Of a stretch of 64,000 nt of DNA, positions 57,901-64,000 are shown one piece after another. Position 1 is the first letter of the stretch. The number at the start of each line of letters is the position of its first letter. Source of the stretch: the human T2T-CHM13v2.0 reference genome, Homo sapiens; assembly GCF_009914755.1 (NCBI RefSeq), contig NC_060925.1, one strand, 5' to 3'. Made by a program: the position numbers and the translations under genes. Below the pieces are notes generated by a model. The model ran no database searches, was not told the origin of the DNA, and saw nothing but the letters and a program-made list of their open reading frames with translations.

Positions 57901-60781
57901 GAATCATCGAATGGACCCGAATGGAATCATCTAATGGAATGGAATGGAATAATCCATGGACTCGAATGCAATCATCATCGAATGGAATCGAATGGAATCA
58001 TCGAATGGACTCGAATGGAATAATCATTGAACGGAATCGAATGGAATCATCATCGGATGGAAATGAATGGAATCATCATCGAATGGAATCGAATAGAATT
58101 ATGGAATGAAATCCAGTGTGATCATCATCGAATGGACCCGAATGGAATCATCATCCAACGGAAGCTAATGGAATCAACATCGAATGAATCGAATGGAAAC
58201 ACCATCGAATTGAAACGAATGGAATTATCATGAAATTGAAATGGATGGACTCATCATGGAATGGGTTCGAATAGAATCATCGAATAAAATTGATTGAAAT
58301 CATCATCCAATGGAATCGAATGGTATCATTGAATGGAATCGAATGGAATCATCATCAGATGGAAATGAATGGAATCGTCATAGAATGGAATCGAATGGAT
58401 TCATTGAATGGAATCAGATGGAATCATCGAATGGACTGAAATGGAATCATTGAATGGACTCGAAAGGGATCATGATTGAATGGAATTGAATGGAATCATC
58501 GAATGGTCTCGATTGGAATCATTATCAAATGGAATGGAATGGAATCACCGAATAGAATCGAATGGAACAATCATCGAATGGACTCAAATGGAATTATCCT
58601 CCAATGGAATCGAATGGAATTATCGAATGCAATCGAATGGAATTATCGAATGCAATCGAATAGAATCATCGAATGGACTCGAATGGAATCATCGAATGGA
58701 ATGGAATGGAACAGTCAATGAACTCGAATGGAATCATCATTGAATGGAATCGAATGGAATCATCGAGTGGAATCGAATGGAATTATGATCAAATGGAATC
58801 TAATGTAATCATCATCAAATGGAATCAAAAATAACCATCATCAATTGGTATTGAATGGAATTGTCATCAAATGGAATTCAAAGGAATCATCATCAAATGG
58901 AACCGAATGGAATCCTCATTGAATGGAAATGAAAGGGGTCATCATCTAATGGAATCGCATGGAATCATCATCAAATGGAATCGAATGGAATCATCATCAA
59001 ATGGAATCTAATGGAATCATTGAACAGAATTGAATGGAATCGTCATCGAATGAATTGAATGCAATCATCGAATGGTCTCGAATGGAATCATCTTCTAATG
59101 GAAAGGAATGGAATCATCGCATAGAATCGAATGGAATTATCATCGAATGGAATCGAATGGTATCAACACCAAACGGAAAAAAACGGAATTATCGAATGGA
59201 ATCGAAGAGAATCTTCGAACGGACCCGAATGGAATCATCTAATGGAATGGAATGGAATAATCCATGGACTCGAATGCAATCATCATCGAATGGAATGGAA
59301 TGGAATCATCGAATGGACTCGAATGGAATAATCATTGAACGGAATCGAATGGAATCATCATCGGATGGAAACGAATGGAATCATCATCGAATGGAAATGA
59401 AAGGAGTCATCATCTAATGGAATTGCATGGAATCATCATCAAATGGAATCGAATGGAATCAACATCAAATGGAATCAAATGGAATCATTGAACGGAATTG
59501 AATGGAATCGTCATCGAATGAATTGACTGCAATCATCGAATGGTCTCGAATGGAATCATCTTCAAATGGAATGGAATGGAATCATCGCATAGAATCGAAT
59601 GGAATTATCATCGAATGGAATCGAATGGAATCAACATCAAACGGAAAAAAACGGAATTATCGAATGGAATCAAAGAGAATCATCGAATGGACCCGAATGG
59701 AATCATCTAATGGAATGGAATGGAATAATCCATGGACTCGAACAATCATCATCGAATGGAATCGAATGGAATCATCGAATGGACTCGAATGGAATAATCA
59801 TTGAACGGAATCGAATGGAATCATCATCGGATGGAAATGAATGGAATCATCATCGAATGGAATCGAATAGAATTATGGAATGAAATCCAGTGTGATCATC
59901 ATCGAATGGACCCGAATGGAATCATCATCCAACGGAAGCTAATGGAATCAACATCGAATGAATCGAATGGAAACACCATCGAATTGAAACGAATGGAATT
60001 ATCATGAAATTGAAATGGATGGACTCATCATCGAATGGATTCGAATGGAATCATCGAATAAAATTGATTGAAATCATCATCAAATGGAATCGAATGGTAT
60101 CATTGAATGGAATCGAATGGAATCATCATCAGATGGAAATGAATGGAATCGTCATAGAATGGAATCGAATGGATTCATTGAATGGAATCAGATGGAATCA
60201 TCGAATGGACTGGAATGGAATCATTGAATGGACTCGAAAGGGATCATTATTGAATGGAATTGAATGGAATCATCGAATGGTCTCGATTGGAATCATTATC
60301 AAATGGAATCGAATGGAATCACCGAATAGAATCGAATGGAACAATCATAGAATGGACTCAAATGGAATTATCCTCCAATGGAATCGAATGGAATTATCGA
60401 ATGCAATCGAATGGAATTATCGAATGCAATCGAATAGAATCATCGAATGGACTCGAATGGAATCATCGAATGGAATGGAATGGAACAGTCAATGAACTCG
60501 AATGGAATCATCATTGAATGGAATCGAATGGAATCATCGAGTGGAATCGAATGGAATTATGATCAAATGGAATCGAATGTAATCCTCATCAAATGGAATC
60601 AAAAATAACCATCATCAATTGGTATTGAATGGAATTGTCATCAAATGGAATTCAAAGGAATCATCATCAAATGGAACCGAATGGAATCCTCATTGAATGG
60701 AAATGAAAGGGGTCATCATCAAATGGAATCGAATGGAATCATCATCAAATGGAATCTAATGGAATCATTGAACAGAATTGA

Positions 60782-62089
60782 ATGGAATCGTCATCGAATG
60801 AATTGAATGCAATCATCGAATGGTCTCGAATGGAATCATCTTCTAATGGAAAGGAATGGAATCATCGCATAGAATCGAACGGAATTATCATCGAATGGAA
60901 TCCAATGGTATCAACACCAAACGGAAAAAAACGGAATTATCGAATGGAATCGAAGAGAATCTTCGAACGGACCCGAATGGAATCATCTAATGGAATGGAA
61001 TGGAATAATCCATGGACTTGAATGCAATCATCATCGAATGGAATCGAATGGAATCATCGAATGGACTCGAATGGAATAATCATTGAACGGAATCGAATGG
61101 AATCATCATCGGATGGAAATGAATGGAATCATCATCGAATGGAATCGAATAGAATTATGGAATGAAATCCAGTGTGATCATCATCGAATGGACCCGAATG
61201 GAATCATCATCCAACGGAAGCTAATGGAATCAACATCGAATGAATCGAATGGAAACACCATCGAATTGAAACGAATGGAATTATCATGAAATTGAAATGG
61301 ATGGACTCATCATCGAATGGATTCGAATGGAATCATCGAATAAAATTGATTGAAATCATCATCCAATGGAATCGAATGGTATCATTGAATGGAATCGAAT
61401 GGAATCATCATCAGATGGAAATGAATGGAATCGTCATAGAATGGAATCGAATGGATTCATTGAATGGAATCAGATCGAATCATCAAATGGACTGGAATGG
61501 AAACATTGAATGGACTCGAAAGGGATCATTATTGAATGGAATTGAATGGAATCATCGAATGGTCTCGATTGGAATCATTACCAAATGGAATCGAATGGAA
61601 TCACCGAATAGAATCGAATGGAACAATCATCGAATGGACTCAAATGGAATTATCCTCCAATGGAATCGAATGGAATTATCGAATGCAATCGAATGGAATT
61701 ATCGAATGCAATCGAATAGAATCATCGAATGGACTCGAATGGAATCATTGAATGGAATGGAATGGAACAGTCAATGAACTCGAATGGAATCATCATTGAA
61801 TGGAATCGAATGGAATCATCGAGTGGAATCGAATGGAATTATGATCAAATGGAATCGAATGTAATCATCATCAAATGGAATCAAAAATAACCATCATCAA
61901 TTGGTATTGAATGGAATTGTCATCAAATGGAATTCAAAGGAATCATCATCAAATGGAACCGAATGGAATCCTCATTGAATGGAAATGAAAGGGGTCATCA
62001 TCTAATGGAATCGCATGGAATCATCATCAAATGGAATCGAATGGAATCATCATCAAATGGAATCTAATGGAATCATTGAACAGAATTGA
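60782..62089 (+). repeat. Short 1308-bp unit with a single A/B-fused subrepeat
   Basis: An A-type start (GGAAAGG, GTATCAACACC) runs into the B-type exit (GGAAATGAATGG...TCGAATAGAATTATGG); anchors at 60782 and 62090. Confidence 0.9.
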
Positions 62090-64000
62090 ATGGAATCGTC
62101 ATCGAATGAACTGAATGCAATCATCGAATGGTCTCGAATGGAATCATCTTCTAATGGAAAGGAATGGAATCATCGCATAGAATCGAATGGAATTATCATC
62201 GAATGGAATCGAATGGTATCAACACCAAACGGAAAAAAACGGAATTATCGAATAGATTCGAAGAGAATCTTCGAACGGACCCGAATGGAATCATCTAATG
62301 GAATGGAATGGAATAATCCATGGACTCGAATGCAATCATCATCGAATGGAATCAAATGGAATCATCGAATGGACTCGAATGGAATAATCATTGAACGGAA
62401 TCGAATGGAATCATCATCGGATGGAAATGAATGGAATCATCATCCAATGGAAATGAAAGGAGTCATCATCTAATGGAATTGCATGGAATCATCATAAAAT
62501 GGAATCGAATGGAATCAACATCAAATGGAATCAAATGGAATCATTGAACGGAATTGAATGGAATCGTCATCGAATGTATTGACTGCAATCATCGAATGGT
62601 CTCGAATGGAATCATCTTCAAATGGAATGGAATGGAATCATCGCATAGAATCGAATGGAATTATCATCGAATGGAATCGAATGGAATCAACATCAAACGG
62701 AAAAAAACGGAATTATCGAATGGAATCGAAGGGAATCATCGAATGGACCCGAATGGAATCATCTAATGGAATGGAATGGAATAATCCATGGACTCGAATG
62801 CAATCATCATCGAATGGAATCGAATGGAATCATCGAATGGACTCGAATGGAATAATCATTGAACGGAATCGAATGGAATCATCATCGGATGGAAACGAAT
62901 GGAATCATCATCGAATGGAATCGAATATAATTATGGAATGAAATCCAGTGTGATCATCATCGAATGGACCCGAATGGAATCATCATCCAACGGAAGCTAA
63001 TGGAATCAACATCGAATGAATTGAATGGAAACACCATCGAATTGAAACGAATGGAATTATCATGAAATTGAAATGGATGGACTCATCATCGAATGGATTC
63101 GAATGGAATCATCGAATAAAATTGATTGAAATCATCATCCAATGGAATCGAATGGTATCATTGAATGGAATCGAATGGAATCATCATCAGATGGAAATGA
63201 ATGGAATCGTCATAGAATGGAATCGAATGGATTCATTGAATGGAATCAGATGGAATCATCGAATGGACTGGAATGGAATCATTGAATGGACTCGAAAGGG
63301 ATCATGATTGAATGGAATTGAATGGAATCATCGAATGGTCTCGATTGGAATCATTATCAAATGGAATCGAATGGAATCACCGAATAGAATCGAATGGAAC
63401 AATCATCGAATGGACTCAAATGGAATTATCCTCCAATGGAATCGAATGGAATTATCGAATGCAATCGAATGGAATTATCGAATGCAATCGAATAGAATCA
63501 TCGAATGGACTCGAATGGAATCATCGAATGGAATGGAATGGAACAGTCAATGAACTCGAATGGAATCATCATTGAATGGAATCGAATGGAATCATCGAGT
63601 GGAATCGAATGGAATTATGATCAAATGGAATCGAATGTAATCATCATCAAATGGAATCAAAAATAACCATCATCAATTGGTATTGAATGGAATTGTCATC
63701 AAATGGAATTCAAAGGAATCATCATCAAATGGAACCGAATGGAATCCTCATTGAATGGAAATGAAAGGGGTCATCATCTAATGGAATCGCATGGAATCAT
63801 CATCAAATGGAATCCAATGGAATCATCATCAAATGGAATCTAATGGAATCATTGAACAGAATTGAATGGAATCGTCATCGAATGAATTGAATGCAATCAT
63901 CGAATGGTCTCGAATGGAATCATCTTCTAATGGAAAGGAATGGAATCATCGCATAGAATCGAATGGAATTATCATCGAATGGAATCGAATGGTATCAACA

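Larger units (their letters stand above)
1..64000 (+). repeat. Human Satellite II (HSat2/HSATII) tandem array with 1776-bp higher-order unit; likely chromosome 1q12 pericentromeric heterochromatin (1.77-kb D1Z1/HSat2A2 type)
   Basis: Continuous GAATGGAATCATCATCGAATGGAATC-type motifs (reverse complement of the CATTCGATTC/ATTCCATTCG HSat2 signature). Equivalent ORF anchors recur every 1776 bp (330/2106; 25363, 27139, 28915, 30691, 32467, 34243, 36019, 37795). One GAATTC per unit (e.g. 1478). The family call is very secure; the chromosome assignment comes from the known 1.77-kb EcoRI periodicity. Confidence 0.97.

Noticed and set aside
24-63575. Numerous 60-165 aa ORFs (MESSSNG/IEWNH-rich), all on the + strand
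   Set aside because: They are translations of the GAATG repeat, which supplies many ATGs and few stops on this strand. They overlap in several frames, have no recognisable domain, and are freely broken or fused by variants. No evidence of coding function.
1-64000. CRISPR-like array (23-26 bp periodic repeats)
   Set aside because: There are no unique spacers, leader or cas genes; the intervening sequence is itself satellite.
1-64000. HSat3, alpha satellite or telomeric repeat identity
   Set aside because: Pure GGAAT runs are short and ATC/TCGA interruptions dominate, which is diagnostic of HSat2. No 171-bp monomer, CENP-B box or TTAGGG was seen.
1-64000. Transposon insertion, unique-sequence island or strand inversion
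   Set aside because: All anchor spacings are explained by satellite-internal indels. No CATTC-oriented stretch, poly(A) tail or foreign sequence was seen.

Overview
The whole 64 kb window is one uninterrupted, single-orientation tandem array of human Satellite II (HSat2/HSATII), shown on the GGAAT (purine-rich) strand. It is built from degenerate GAATG/TCGAA/ATC motifs grouped in 23-26 bp blocks and arranged in a 1776-bp higher-order unit. Each unit has one constant EcoRI site and an internal 468-bp A/B duplication. This organisation matches the classical 1.77-kb chromosome 1q12 satellite (pUC1.77/D1Z1, HSat2A2 type); that assignment rests on recalled knowledge, not alignment. I found no protein-coding genes, RNA genes, transposon insertions, CRISPR arrays or inversions, and the ORFs are by-products of the repeat. 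I see no evidence of an undescribed gene system. The informative signal is the array's history. Of 37 unit-to-unit spacings measured from the ORF track, 23 are exactly 1776 bp and 14 are structural variants (1063, 1275, 1283, 1308, 1748-1750, 1781, 2244 bp). Shared private variants point to several multi-unit duplications (offsets about 2.8, 3.5, 7.55 and 11.9-12.4 kb). All comparisons were made by eye, and breakpoints are approximate because of microhomology.
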